Positions 51,480 through 62,692 of a stretch of 64,000 nucleotides of DNA are shown in pieces. A program made the translations under genes and the position numbers. The stretch is from assembly GCA_963749495.1 (NCBI GenBank), contig CAVVMW010000022.1, positions 416,001 to 480,000 of the forward strand, written 5' to 3'. This DNA is from an uncultured bacterium. GTDB taxonomy: Bacteria; Verrucomicrobiota; Verrucomicrobiia; Limisphaerales; UBA8199. Position 1 is the stretch's first letter, and each line of letters starts with the position of its first letter. Under the pieces are notes generated by a model that was given only the letters and a program-made list of their open reading frames with translations, ran no database searches and was not told where the DNA came from.

Positions 51480-51844
51480 TTGTGGGTGACGACGACCCGG
51501 GTGAACCACTGCTGCTCCATGATGTGCTTGCCTCGTCCCAGGAAGACCCCGCCACAAAGGCAGCCAGGAGCATGGATTGGCAGGAGTTCATGGCAGGGTT
51601 ATCAAAGCTGGACCAGGCAATCATCCGCTGTGTAACGGAAGGGAAGCGTCTGAGCAGCCTGGTTCGCAAGCGTCACCTCAACAGCTCGACCGTGCTGTAC
51701 CACAAGCGCCGTCTCGCCGACGCCATAGTTAACTTCATGGGCAGCGACATCCTCATACAGATACAGCGCCGCCCTGGTTGGAAGGACAGCATCAGTTGCA
51801 CCAGGGAACGGTTGGCCTGTCATGAGGAGCGGCGGCATTTGTAA
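51480..51844 (+). pseudogene. C-terminal fragment of a sigma-factor-like HTH protein
   Basis: LHDVLASSQEDPATKAARSMDW...LSKLDQAII...HTH-like segment; no start. Confidence 0.5.
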
Positions 51845-52021
51845 TCGGCCCCGCGCAATAAACCCCATATCCTCTACATCGGCTCCTGTGGCTCTCTTTG
51901 AGGGGCTGCAGGGGCTGGTGTGGAGGGTAAATAAAGCAGGGCATTTCGCTCCGACCTTTAGCTATGAGGTCGTGTGGGTGGGTGAAGCGTTGATGGGTTA
52001 TTCAGGCAGGGCGGGGTAACG

Positions 52022-52334
52022 AAACCGGGGCCACATCTATACTTTTTTACATTGGAACGGATTGTAGAAATGTATAGATATGACCCCGATTTTGTGTATG
52101 TGACCCGATATGACCCCGATTTTGTGTATGTGACCCTGACCCCGATTTTGTGTATGTGACCCCGATTTTGTGTATGACCGGTTTTGTGCGGTTTTGTGAT
52201 TGGAACGGATTGTAGAAATGTATAGATATGACCCCGGTTTTGTTTTGTGTGCCTGACCCCGGTTTTGTGTGCCGGTTTTGTGTGACCCCGGTTTTGTGCC
52301 GGTTTTGTGCCGGTTTTGTGTACCGGTTTTGTGT
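52022..52334. repeat. Hairpin element followed by a degenerate (TGACCCCG[A/G]TTTTGTG)n expansion
   Basis: GGGGCCACATCTATAC..TACA pairs with TGTAGAAATGTATAGATATGACCCC; 37-nt block repeated at 52051 and 52199. Confidence 0.85.
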
Positions 52335-52511
52335 GCAGCCTTGCGGCTGGCGCGCTGCTTTGGCACGAGCGCGGAGGTGTGGGCGGGCTTGCAGGCCGAT
52401 TACGATTTGCGCCTCGCCCGTTACGACAAGGCGCGAACCATCGAGCGCGAAGTTGAACCGCTGGCTGCGTTGAGGAAAATGCGGAATCTGGTGCCTCTGA
52501 CACAGCCCTGA
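52335..52511 (+). pseudogene. higA: C-terminal half of HigA antitoxin
   Basis: ALRLARCFGTSAEVWAGLQADYDL. Confidence 0.8.
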
Positions 52512-52784
52512 CACAGGAAAGGCCCGAATCCGAAGCGCAACCGGAGAAAGACGTGAAGTTCCCGAAGCGAATCAAATTCCGTGGCGGCGAACTGGCCACC
52601 AGTGGCCCATCTTGTCTCAGCAGCACGTCGGCAATCCGTGTGTAAACATTGCAGCCGCAACAACTTATGCATTTCAGTTTTCGCGCGACCAAAAAAGCTT
52701 TCACAACCCGCTTGACATGGTGTATCAATTGATCCCAAATTGCTCATGTGAATCGAACCATCAGCCGATTAACCGTTACACGTA

Positions 52785-53168
52785 ATGGCGCAGATCGAAA
52801 TACCAAAGCCTCGGCGAGACCGAATCTGTGCCATCCTCGAAACTGAGGCAACCGATACACTGCTCGAGTGGACAACCGACGCTGAAAGGCGTTATGAGGC
52901 GGACGCGACGGCAGCAAAGGTGTGCACAGGTGACACCGACCCCGTGTGGCGCAACGATGTCTATCAGCCCTTTCGGGACTTCCTCTGCTCCCCGCACCCA
53001 AGCGGCTGCCTTGTCACCATGGACACTCCACCCGGAGAAACCTACGAATTCTATTTCGAGTTCCTCGCCGAACGGTTTTACGGGAAAATCCTCCTGCGGA
53101 CAGACCGCAAAAGGGTGGTCATATTTTCCGCCCATCGCCCACTCAAACCGAACCTCTCGTGCAAATAA
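52785..53168 (+). CDS. Putative type II toxin (MqsR/RelE-like position)
   Basis: 127 aa upstream of an MqsA-like HTH; C-terminal FYGKI...VVIFSAH. Confidence 0.6.
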   Translation: MAQIEIPKPRRDRICAILETEATDTLLEWTTDAERRYEADATAAKVCTGDTDPVWRNDVYQPFRDFLCSPHPSGCLVTMDTPPGETYEFYFEFLAERFYGKILLRTDRKRVVIFSAHRPLKPNLSCK

Positions 53169-53188
53169 GCAACAAGATGCGTTAACGA

Positions 53189-53611
53189 ATGAAGATCAAG
53201 AATGAAGAATTTGAAGTACTGGTGCCTAAAGCCGATGGCACCGGCATCGCGGAGAAAGTCAAGGTCACCATCCCCGTTCGCTGGGATGAGGAGTTGCAGG
53301 ACTGGCTCATGACCGCCGAGGCTCACGAGATCATCGACAACACAAAGTCCCGCCATATGGGCCTCCTGCTCCCTGATCAGTTCAAGGAACTCCGCAAGCG
53401 TTATGACTATTCCCAAAGGCAAATGGGCGAGCTTTTCCAGGTGGGAGAAAAAAGCTGGACGCGCTGGGAATCTGGAAAGCACCGGCCCAGCCGGAGTATA
53501 AACCTGCTAATCCGGGCGCTTTACGAGGGCGAGATTTCAGTGAACTACCTCCTGAAACGCGCTGGGAAGCCCACAGTAGAGGAGCCAGGCACCAGCGTGG
53601 TATGGCACTGA
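53189..53611 (+). CDS. MqsA-like XRE HTH antitoxin
   Basis: GLLLPDQFKELRKRYDYSQRQMGELFQVGEKSWTRWESG..RPSRS. Confidence 0.8.
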   Translation: MKIKNEEFEVLVPKADGTGIAEKVKVTIPVRWDEELQDWLMTAEAHEIIDNTKSRHMGLLLPDQFKELRKRYDYSQRQMGELFQVGEKSWTRWESGKHRPSRSINLLIRALYEGEISVNYLLKRAGKPTVEEPGTSVVWH

Positions 53612-53832
53612 CACGAGACTACAAGGAAACGGTTGTGGTGCGGATGAAACGCGGCCGGAAATTTGCGCGGGCGCTCTACGGCGAAGCGGCAAGCGCCTTG
53701 CTCGAAGGCGAAACCACCGAAGGACTTTCCATGCTGCGGGACTTGGCACACGCCGGGATCACCTTCAAGGAATTGGCCCGGCAGACGGGCGAAGGGCCAG
53801 TTCCTTCTTCTGCTCACGCATTGCAGAACTGA
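53602..53832 (+). pseudogene. Truncated addiction-module antidote/HTH regulator
   Basis: MALTRDYKETV...MLRDL....ITFKELARQTG, breaking off in the HTH. Confidence 0.7.
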
Positions 53833-54794
53833 CTCAGATAATGCGCTCCATGTCGGAAGCCTTCCTCCGGGCCGAAGGTGTCGTCCTCGTGCTCGATGCT
53901 GAGCACGCCTTTGTAACCGGCCTCACGGAGATGGCCGATGTATTGGCCCCACTTAATGTCGCCGAAGCCGGGGATGACATACCGCCACCAGCCCTGCCCC
54001 AGCACGCCCACGTAAGCGCGCCGGTGCTCGTCCACCAGGCAGTCCTTGGCGTGAGTGTGGAAAATTCTCTTGCCGAACCTCGCGATGGGCACGGTGTAGT
54101 CGCACTGCTGGTGGACCAGATGAGAGGGGTCGTAATTGAAGCCGAAGTTCTCGTCGGGAATCGTCTCCATGAGGCAGTCAAGGGTGTCCAGGCCCTGAAG
54201 GTTGGTCTCGAACCAGTTTTCCACCGCCACGTGGATCCCCTTCTCCTTGGCATGGTCGAGGATGGGGCGAAAGAGCCCGGGAATCACTTGCTTGATCGTC
54301 TGGATCTTGCTCCTGCCGCCAACGGGGCTGCCGAGGCCCACGCAGATCGTCGGCGCGCCAAGCAGGGCTGCCGCGTCAATCGTCTTATTCAAAATCTGCT
54401 GAACCTCTCCTGCCCTCCCAGGAGCCGTGCAGTCCATGTAGTTGGACAGGGCGCTGATTTCAAGCCCGCGCTCGCCCAGCTTCTGTTTGATGCCTTCGGC
54501 TTGCGCCGAATTCAGGGTCCTGGGGTCGATGTGCGGGTGCCCGGGCTCGGCAACGACTTCCAGCGCGGCAATGTGGCAGCGCCTGGCCATGTCGAGGACT
54601 GCCTCAAACGGCAGGTTGCGCAGCGGCGCCGTCAGCATGCCTGCCCGGATGTCCTTTGGTTTCTTCAGCTCCGGCAACGTCTCAGCTCCGGCGGCAGTTG
54701 AGGTGAGCGCGGTCACGCCGAGCGAGGCGAGGGAACCTGCCCCCATGGCTCCGGCGGTGGTTCCAATGAAAGTCCTGCGTGATATCGAGTTCAT
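53814..54794 (-). CDS. Sugar phosphate isomerase/epimerase (xylose isomerase-like TIM barrel) with Tat signal
   Basis: SRRTFI, VAVEN, FNYDPSH, HTHAKD, LSIEHED. Confidence 0.92.
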   Translation of the reverse strand: MNSISRRTFIGTTAGAMGAGSLASLGVTALTSTAAGAETLPELKKPKDIRAGMLTAPLRNLPFEAVLDMARRCHIAALEVVAEPGHPHIDPRTLNSAQAEGIKQKLGERGLEISALSNYMDCTAPGRAGEVQQILNKTIDAAALLGAPTICVGLGSPVGGRSKIQTIKQVIPGLFRPILDHAKEKGIHVAVENWFETNLQGLDTLDCLMETIPDENFGFNYDPSHLVHQQCDYTVPIARFGKRIFHTHAKDCLVDEHRRAYVGVLGQGWWRYVIPGFGDIKWGQYIGHLREAGYKGVLSIEHEDDTFGPEEGFRHGAHYLSQFCNA

Positions 54795-54929
54795 GGACGC
54801 GCATCCTCGGCGACTATCGTTTACGACGCAAGCTCATAAACTCGCCGAGGACGAATTTCATGGCACCGCTCAGTGGAGGCGGGAGCGACAGGGCGGGCAG
54901 ATTCTCCTCCATGAACCCAAGCCCGACGG

Positions 54930-55007
54930 TTCTGGACTGCGCCAGTCCTCTGGCGCTTTTGGGTCGCCAGGGTCCAAAAAGCGGCAGAGGACTGCCGCAG
55001 TCCAAAA
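54930..55007. repeat. REP-like element family A, second copy
   Basis: Near-identical to 1319-1396. Confidence 0.9.
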
Positions 55008-55196
55008 CGCGTCGGGTTGGGCGATGCCCTCGCGGTTCCGCTCGCCGCCTTCACTGAGGCACTTCGTTCCAAGCGGACGTGACCCGCATCCCGGGGGCGG
55101 AGACGGCCGGCACTTCCGACCGCGCCCCACACCAAGATGGAGTTTGACCTCCGCCCGCGCCGGCATAGACTCGCTCCAGATGAACCTGACCTCAAA

Positions 55197-56547
55197 ATGA
55201 AACATCACCTCATGAACCAAGACTGGTCCTCTCGCCGGAGCTTCCTGAAAACCGCGTCCGTCGCCGCGACGGCCGTAACGATTATCCCGCGTCACGTGCT
55301 GGGGCAGGGCCAGACCCCCCCGTCGCAGAAACTCAACATTGCAGGGATTGGCGTTGGCGGCATGGGGTCGGGCAACGTGGCCTCCTGCGCGCAGGCCGGC
55401 GAGAACATCGTCGCCCTGTGCGATCCGGACCGGAACCACCTGGCCGACAACGCCAGGAAATGCCCGGGCGCCAAACTCTACACCGATTTCCGCAAGATGC
55501 TGGAGAGCCAAAAGGACATCAACGCGGTGATCATCGCCACGCCCGACCACGTCCATGCGGTCGCCACGGCCATGGCGATGAGGCTCGGCAAGCACGTCCA
55601 TTGCCAGAAGCCGCTGACCCACAGCGTCTATGAAGCCCGCAGGATCGGCCAGATCGCACGCGAGACCAAGGTAGCTACCCAGATGGGCAATTTCGGGCAG
55701 GCCGGTGAAGAGGCCCGCCTGGTGGCCGAGATGATTTGGGCCGGGGCGATTGGCAACCTCAAGGAGGTGCATGCCTGGTCCAACCGCAACCCGGACATTT
55801 CCCAGCGCGGCGTCGCCCGGCCCAAGGAGACCCCGCCTTGCCCGGCGCACCTGGACTGGGACCTCTGGCTCGGCCCCGCCCCCGTGCGGCCCTATCACCC
55901 CTGCTATCACCCTTTTGCCTGGCGCGGTTGGTGGGATTTCGGCACCGGCGTGCTCGGCGATATTGGCTGCCACGAGCTGTCCGCTATCTTCAAGGCCATG
56001 AAGATCGGCAACCCGGTCAGCGTCGAGGCCTGCTCCACGAAACTGGCAGCGCCCCAAGGAGATCAGCAACGAGACCGCTCCGCTGGCCTCGATCACCCAT
56101 TACAAGTTCGCCGCCAGCGACACGCACGGGCCATTGAGCATCTTCTGGTACGACGGCGGCATGCGTCCCCCTCGCCCCGACGGCCTGGCGCCGGACGAGA
56201 AATTCGCCGAGGGCGATGGCACGATGTATGTCGGTGACAAGGGCATCATGCTGCGCGACCGCCTGATCCCGGAGAGCAAGGCCAAAGAGTTCGGCCGGCC
56301 GCCGCAGAAGCTGGCGCGCTCCCCGGGGCATTGGAAGGAGTTTCTGGACGCGTGCCGCGGGGGAAGGCCTGCCGGGTCGAACTTCGCCGATCACGCCGCC
56401 CACCTGGCCGAAGTCGTCCTGCTGGGCAACATCGCCATCCGCATGAACCAGAAGCTTCAATGGGACGCAGCGAACCTGAGGTTTCCGAATTGCCCCGAGG
56501 CGGATAGGTTCGTGAATCCGCCGTATCGAGAGGGGTTCACGTTATGA
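55197..56547 (+). CDS. Gfo/Idh/MocA oxidoreductase with Tat signal, frameshift near 56050
   Basis: SRRSFLK, IGVGGMG, IATPDHVH, CQKPL, WDLWLGPAP, GTGVLGDIGCH. Confidence 0.93.
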
Positions 56548-57020
56548 GGGGAAGACGGCAGGCTGGCCCTGTTTGCTGAGGAGGTCAGCAACTACTGCCC
56601 ACCACGTAGCCGACACGCACTTGAAGAAAGCAGAACGGGGCAGAAGATAAGCAATTATCAACACCCTCCAGCCCGGTTCCTTTTTCCCGATGCGAGTTGA
56701 AGCAGGAGTTGGTCGTCGTTGCAGGCAGCCAACGCCCCGCGTGCAGAGAACACGGGAATCAGGGTGACATGACACGGCCATTTAAGGGTCGGCCGAGTTG
56801 AGTGATGGGATTTCTGAAATCACCCGCAGGATGGATGAACTGCATCTGGTTCCGGACTGCTGGCGTTCTTCTGGACCTCGTCTGCCACCCGCCGAATCGG
56901 CAATCGGCGGAGACCTGCCGGCTCTTGCATCCTGGGTCTATGGAAGTGATGAGTGAGGAGCCTCTAATCTGGAAAAGGAATCTCACGAAAACCGAACCCC
57001 TCAACGGAAAAAGCAAATCC

Positions 57021-59294
57021 ATGAAAAGGCATCCAACGAAACCAACCCGCAATTCGATGTTCAGTGTTCGATGCTCAATGTTCGATGTTCTGCTCAGTTT
57101 GCTGCTGTTCTTGGCCGCAGTCGCCCCTGGCTTCAGCCAGCCCGTCATCACCCAAGAGCCGCAGTCCTGCACCAACCTCGCCGGCTCGACTGCCACCTTC
57201 ACGGTCCAGGCGACCGGCACTGCGCCCCTGGCTTACCAGTGGCAGGGAGACTCCGGCCCCGGGGTGCTGGACTTCTCGAACCTCACGGACTGCACCAACG
57301 CAACCTTGGCGCTGACCAACGTGCAGGTCGCTGACTTCTTGGACTATCGCGTGGTGGTCACCAATGCCGGAGGCGCAATAACCAGCAGTGTCGCCACCCT
57401 GACCGTTTTCACGCCCCCTGCCATCACAGTGCAGCCCGCTGATTTCCCTTCTGTGAGCTTGGGTGCGAGCGTTACGTCCCGTGTGAGCGCGAGCGGCAAC
57501 CCGCCGCCCGCTTACCAGTGGTTTCTCAATGGCACCCCACTCCCGGGCCAGACCCGAGGCCTGTTGAACCTGACGAATCTGCAGTTGTCCGATGCCGGAG
57601 CCTACACCGTCGTGGCAACCAATCTCGCGGGTTCGGTCACCAGCCGGGTGGTTACGCTCGATGTGGACCCCACCTTCACCAAGATCACCACCGGCGCCCT
57701 GGCCGCCGACGTAGGCCACTGGCACGGTGCCGCGTGGGCCGACTACGACAATGACGGCTACCCTGACTTGTTTGTCCATCAGTACGCCCCAGCGGTCAAA
57801 GACTTCCTCTACCACAACAACGGGGACGGGACGTTCACGCGCCTGACGGCGCCCATTCCGCAGGGGCTGGTTCTCCAAAACGCGGCCTGGGGCAATGCCT
57901 GGGGGGATTATGACAATGACGGACACCCGGACCTGTTCATTTCCAACAATGGAGCCAAGAACGTACTCCTGCACAGTCGAGGCGATGGGACCTTCGAGAG
58001 GATCGCCTCCGGTCCTGGAGCCGAAGGCACCGATTCCTCCGCGGCGGCCTGGGGTGACTGTGACCGGGACGGCTATCTGGATCTGTTCGTCGTCAACGGC
58101 TATCTGGGCTCGTCCCCCGCGCGCCATTGGCTCTACCACAACCAGGGGGACGGTTCGTTCCGCAGGATGGGCACCAACGACGTGGGATACCTCGCCAGCG
58201 AGAGCGTGACGGCGATTTTCGCCAGTTGGGTGGACTATGATGACGGCGGTTGGCAAGACCTGTTTCTGCCCACTACACAAGGAGGTTACTTCAACCGAAA
58301 CCTTGGCAACGGCAGCTTTGCCCCCCTGACCAACAATGTGCACGTCAATAGTCCTACGGGCTTCGCCTGGGCTGACTACGACAATGACGGCCGCCTGGAT
58401 CTGTGCATTGCGGGGTATGGCACACCCACCGTCATTTACCACAATGAAGGCGGCGGGACGTTCAAGCAGATGACCGCAGCCCAGGTGGGAATCCCCTCCA
58501 GTGACGCGAGCTGGGGCGGCGGCGTTGCCTGGGGGGATTATGACAATGATGGGTTCGTGGATCTCTTTGTGGCCGGCGGGTGGTGGAATTCAAGCAACGT
58601 AGGCGTCACCACGAGGAGCTTTCTCTACCACAACAACGGTGATGGCACGTTCACTCGGATCACCAACGGCAGCCCCGTCGTCAACGTATGCGACTCGATG
58701 GGGGCCCATTGGGTGGATTACGACCGGGACGGCTTCCTGGACTTGTTCGTCAACGCCCACGGCGTCGCCAATGGGTATATGCCCAACCTGCTCTACCGCA
58801 ACAACGGCAACTCGAACAACTGGCTCTGCGTGGCCTGCGTCGGCACCTCCTCCCCGCGTGACGGCACCGGGGCCAAGGTGCGCGCGCTCGCCACCATTCG
58901 CGGCAAGCCGATGTGGCAGCTCCGGCTGATTAACTCTGGCGGTACCTGCTGGGGCGGCCAGAGCTTCGTGGCCCACTTCGGCCTGGGGGATGCCACGAAT
59001 GTGGACGTGCTCCGCATTGAGTGGACCTCCGGCACCGTGCAGGAACTGCGCAATGTGTCGGCAAAACAGCACCTGACCGTGGCCGAGCCGGCGAAGCTCT
59101 CGATGCCCAGCCTGGGCGAACTGCACATCCAATGCTGGAAGGGCATGGCCTACGAGATTCAAGCCTCGCCCGACCTGTTGACCTGGACACCGCTGGCCAC
59201 GGTGACGAACCTCAGCTTGACGGGCGGCGTTCAGTGGACTGACCCGGCTGCGCCCGCCCAATCCACGCGCTTCTATCGGGCGGTGAAGCAATGA
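57021..59294 (+). CDS. Secreted Ig-domain + FG-GAP/VCBS repeat + ASPIC/UnbV protein
   Basis: Two Ig domains (YQW..., Y.VVVTN..G..TS), repeated W.DYDNDG..DL, HFGLG, C-terminal RFYRA. Confidence 0.92.
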   Translation: MKRHPTKPTRNSMFSVRCSMFDVLLSLLLFLAAVAPGFSQPVITQEPQSCTNLAGSTATFTVQATGTAPLAYQWQGDSGPGVLDFSNLTDCTNATLALTNVQVADFLDYRVVVTNAGGAITSSVATLTVFTPPAITVQPADFPSVSLGASVTSRVSASGNPPPAYQWFLNGTPLPGQTRGLLNLTNLQLSDAGAYTVVATNLAGSVTSRVVTLDVDPTFTKITTGALAADVGHWHGAAWADYDNDGYPDLFVHQYAPAVKDFLYHNNGDGTFTRLTAPIPQGLVLQNAAWGNAWGDYDNDGHPDLFISNNGAKNVLLHSRGDGTFERIASGPGAEGTDSSAAAWGDCDRDGYLDLFVVNGYLGSSPARHWLYHNQGDGSFRRMGTNDVGYLASESVTAIFASWVDYDDGGWQDLFLPTTQGGYFNRNLGNGSFAPLTNNVHVNSPTGFAWADYDNDGRLDLCIAGYGTPTVIYHNEGGGTFKQMTAAQVGIPSSDASWGGGVAWGDYDNDGFVDLFVAGGWWNSSNVGVTTRSFLYHNNGDGTFTRITNGSPVVNVCDSMGAHWVDYDRDGFLDLFVNAHGVANGYMPNLLYRNNGNSNNWLCVACVGTSSPRDGTGAKVRALATIRGKPMWQLRLINSGGTCWGGQSFVAHFGLGDATNVDVLRIEWTSGTVQELRNVSAKQHLTVAEPAKLSMPSLGELHIQCWKGMAYEIQASPDLLTWTPLATVTNLSLTGGVQWTDPAAPAQSTRFYRAVKQ

Positions 59295-59400
59295 CTCTCA
59301 GGAACAAATACAATTAGGACCGGACTCAGGCTTTGTCGTGTGGGTGAGGAAACCACTTTTGCGGCTGGAAAAAGGCGGAAGGTTGTGCGATTGTTGACGC

Positions 59401-60448
59401 ATGTATAATGCCAAAGCTTATTCTGCACCGGCGCAAACCTCACCGCTTGCGCCGTTCGACCTTCAACGGCGCGATCCTGGAGCGCACGACGTGCAAATCG
59501 AAATTCTTTATTGCGGCGTTTGCCATACGGACGTCCATATCGTGCGCAACGAATGGCACGGCACCACCTACCCTTGCGTGCCCGGCCATGAAATCGTCGG
59601 GCGTGTCGTGAAAGGCCGGCGCGCACGTCAAGAAGTTCAAGGACGGCAACCTCGCCGCGGTCGGTTGCCTGGTGGATTCCTGCCGGACCTGTGACAACTG
59701 CAGGGACAACCTGGAACAATTCTGCATGAACGGCCCGACCTTCACCTACAACTCTCCCGACAAGCACACCGGAGGGATGACTTACGGCGGTTATTCCGAC
59801 AGCGTCGTGGTGGACGAAGCCTTCGTGTTGCGGGTCCCGAAGAATCTGAACCTGTCCGCCGCCGCTCCGCTGCTGTGCGCAGGCATCACCACCTATTCCC
59901 CCCTGCGCCACAACAAAGTCGGCAAAGGGCAGAAAGCCGGCGTCGTGGGACTTGGGGGCCTTGGCCACATGGGCGTCAAACTAGCCAAGGCTTTTGGGGC
60001 GCACGTGGTCGTCTTCACGACTTCGCCGAATAAAGTGCAGGACGCCCTGCGCCTCGGTGCTGATGAGGTTGTTCTTTCCAAGAATGAGGGCGAGATGAAG
60101 AAACATCTCGGTAGTTTCCATTTCATCCTCGACACCGTGGCTGGGCAACATGACATCAATGCCTACCTCGTGCTCTTGAAACGCGACGGAACGCTCACGC
60201 AAGTGGGGGTGCCCGCTGAACCGCTTGCCGTTCAGGTGGGCAGCCTCATCTTTGGCCGGCGGAACTTCAGTGGCTCCCTAATTGGCGGCATCAAAGAAAC
60301 CCAGGAGATGCTCGATTTCTGTGGCCGGCGCAACATCACCTCCGACATCGAACTCATCCCCATCCAGAAGATTAACGAAGCGTATGAACGTCTCCTCAAG
60401 AGTGACGTGAAATACCGGTTCGTGATTGATATGGCGTCATTGAGATGA
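59401..60448 (+). CDS. NAD(P)-dependent zinc alcohol dehydrogenase (CAD/YahK-like), frameshift near 59615
   Basis: CGVCHTD, PGHEIVG, DSCRTCDNC, APLLCAGITTYSPL, GLGGLGH, VKYRFVID. Confidence 0.93.
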
Positions 60449-60539
60449 ACTGGTCCGGCGAACCTGGCTGCCCGCCTTACGATCTGGTGTTGGGCTGGCT
60501 GCTCTCGGTTCCTGGGCAACGTGTCCCGGCCTTAGCAGG

Positions 60540-61100
60540 CCGGGGCCGTTTGCTTGGCGCAGCCTACCCAGGCCTCCGCTTCGCTCCAGCCTGGGCTTTC
60601 ACATGGCCGGCCTTCGGCCCTGGTTGCGCGGAGATCCTCGGGCTGAAAGCCCGGAATGTGACAGCCTGGGCTGCAGCGAGCTTGCGAGCGGGGCCCAGGT
60701 TGCGGACACATAAACTCCTGCGCCCTGTATGGGCGCCACAAGACCCGGATCCTTGGGCAACGGGTCCCGGCCTTTCAGGCCAGGGACCGTTTCGAGGGGG
60801 TTGCCTACCCAGGCCTCCGCTTCGCTCCAGCCTGGGCTTTCACATGGCGGGCCTTCGGCCCTGGTTTCGCGGAAGTCCTCGGGCTGACAGCCCGAAATGT
60901 GACAGCCTGGGCTGGAGCGAGCCTGCGAGCGGAGGCCCAGGTTGGCTGGCCGATAAATCTCCGCGCCCTGCAAGGGCGCCACAACGTTCGATTCCCTTGG
61001 TCCCGGCCTTACAGCCCGGGGCCGTTTCGAGGGGCACTCGCTAGCCTGGGCCTCCGCTTGGCTCCAGCCCAGGCTATCACGTGACGGGCCTTTGGCCTTG
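60540..61100. repeat. Array of about three long REP-like palindromic units (~240-nt period)
   Basis: CCCAGGCCTCCGCTTCGCTCCAGCCTGGGCTTTCACATGG at ~60567 and ~60808, variant at ~61045, with inverted partners. Confidence 0.85.
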
Positions 61101-61407
61101 CCGCGCGTTCCGACACTGCCCAGGGGTGAGCGCGAGGATAGGCGCGCTCCCCGCCCCCACCCCGTCCGGCGGGGGCAGTGTCGGGATGCGCCCGGCGAGG
61201 AGCGGCGGCACGTTTCGCACTTGAACGAACGGGATGCACTGGCATGGTCTGAGTTTTCCTCAGTCGCCGTCTCGGAAGCCGCTCAGGGCACTTTGAAGGG
61301 CAGACAGCCGCTGAATGTCCTCAAAGAGCCGTAATTTCCATCCAATCTGAGGGTGTGCACACAAACGCACAGTTCACGGATCGGGTCCAGGAGCTTAGAA
61401 TGGGGCT

Positions 61408-62340
61408 ATGGCATCAGTTTTGCAAATTGATCCCTGCGGTACGATTGTCGCCCGAATTGCAGGCTACGGAGGCTCAAATATACCGGTTCCCGCCCTGTCC
61501 AGGCTATTAGGAGTCAAACCCACCACGTTGAACGCCCGGTTCCGAAGGAAGCACATTCCGGTGTGCCTGATCGGAAGGACCAATTATCTGCCCTGCGATC
61601 AGGCTCTGCAGTTGGTCCAGTTGCACCGGTATGCCTTGATCGGATGGCTGACACTGCTGGACGCAAGCAGAATTACTGATGTCAAACCCGCGACTCTAAA
61701 AGCCAGGTGCGAGCAGGGGCGATTGGAGGGGCACATTGATTTAACCAAGCGGCTCAGATTGAACCCGGCTGAGGTTGAAAAACTCTGTTCGACGGCCTGC
61801 AGGGGAGAGGCGAAATTGAGACAGCCTCGATTGGGAGCCCGGGCTAAACTCCCGGTCAGAAAGAGCAAGGCCAGAACCGCCACGCCGGCTGAAATGAAAG
61901 AGGAAGCGCGGTTTTCAGAGGCCGAAGGCGCAACCGATACACCGGAACTTGCACATGCCCAAAGGACGCCCTTTGGACATGGCAGGTTTGCCTTGCCTCC
62001 GGCACCTGAACCGGAGATCGGAATCGTCAGGCCGGAGGACTATGGGCTCACCGGCATGGAAAGGGAACGTCAAACCGGCGGCCGACGACCTCACGGTTCA
62101 GAAGACGCACAGAAGAAGCCGGCTCGTTTGGTCTATGATCCGCTCAGGCCATTTTCGATCTCCGTTTGTTCTCCCGGGAGGGCGATAATATATGGCCACC
62201 ATGTTGGGACGATCCTCGGGCTCATTGATGACCCCTATAATCCGACGATCAAGGTTGCCTTTCCGAATCACGAGCACCCGGCGATGAGAGAGGTCTTGCT
62301 GGTAGTCGAAAAGAAAAGGAACTCCGAGTTCTCCGCTTGA
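61408..62340 (+). CDS. Hypothetical protein with tandem HTH-like N-terminal domains
   Basis: LSRLLGVKPTTL and ASRITDVKPATL repeats. Confidence 0.6.
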   Translation: MASVLQIDPCGTIVARIAGYGGSNIPVPALSRLLGVKPTTLNARFRRKHIPVCLIGRTNYLPCDQALQLVQLHRYALIGWLTLLDASRITDVKPATLKARCEQGRLEGHIDLTKRLRLNPAEVEKLCSTACRGEAKLRQPRLGARAKLPVRKSKARTATPAEMKEEARFSEAEGATDTPELAHAQRTPFGHGRFALPPAPEPEIGIVRPEDYGLTGMERERQTGGRRPHGSEDAQKKPARLVYDPLRPFSISVCSPGRAIIYGHHVGTILGLIDDPYNPTIKVAFPNHEHPAMREVLLVVEKKRNSEFSA

Positions 62341-62692
62341 CCCTCGGGGCATCTTCGATCATCCACCACTCCTCTGCTGGTTCCTGGGTGTGCTGCGTTG
62401 CTGATACGCCTGCCCATTTCAGGGGTTGGGTCCGAGCGGTGGACACGACTAATTCCTCAAGTCCTTGCGCATTCCTGCCGATAATGACTGTGGACACAAC
62501 TTTAGCTCAGCAAAAAGGTGAGAGTGTGAATGGCATAACCGGCATATCACCGGAAAAGTCCTGGTCATTGCGGGCGGCATGGAAGGCCGCTGGCTCTGGC
62601 AGCCGGAAGGAATCGACCCCGCCGCCGCCCTTTGCTGACGCCCAAGGTGCCTGCTTGCCAAAGTCGCAGATTTCCCACATTACGGCCGCACT

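Noticed and set aside
52022..52334. Possible CRISPR array
   Set aside because: No unique spacers, irregular unit length, and no cas genes.
56550..57000. Possible riboswitch or ncRNA in long intergenic regions (also 63510-64000)
   Set aside because: No recognisable aptamer consensus by eye; needs an Rfam search.
60540..61100. Possible CRISPR array or coding ORFs
   Set aside because: Long palindromic units in alternating orientation are REP-like; the ORFs are translations of the repeat.
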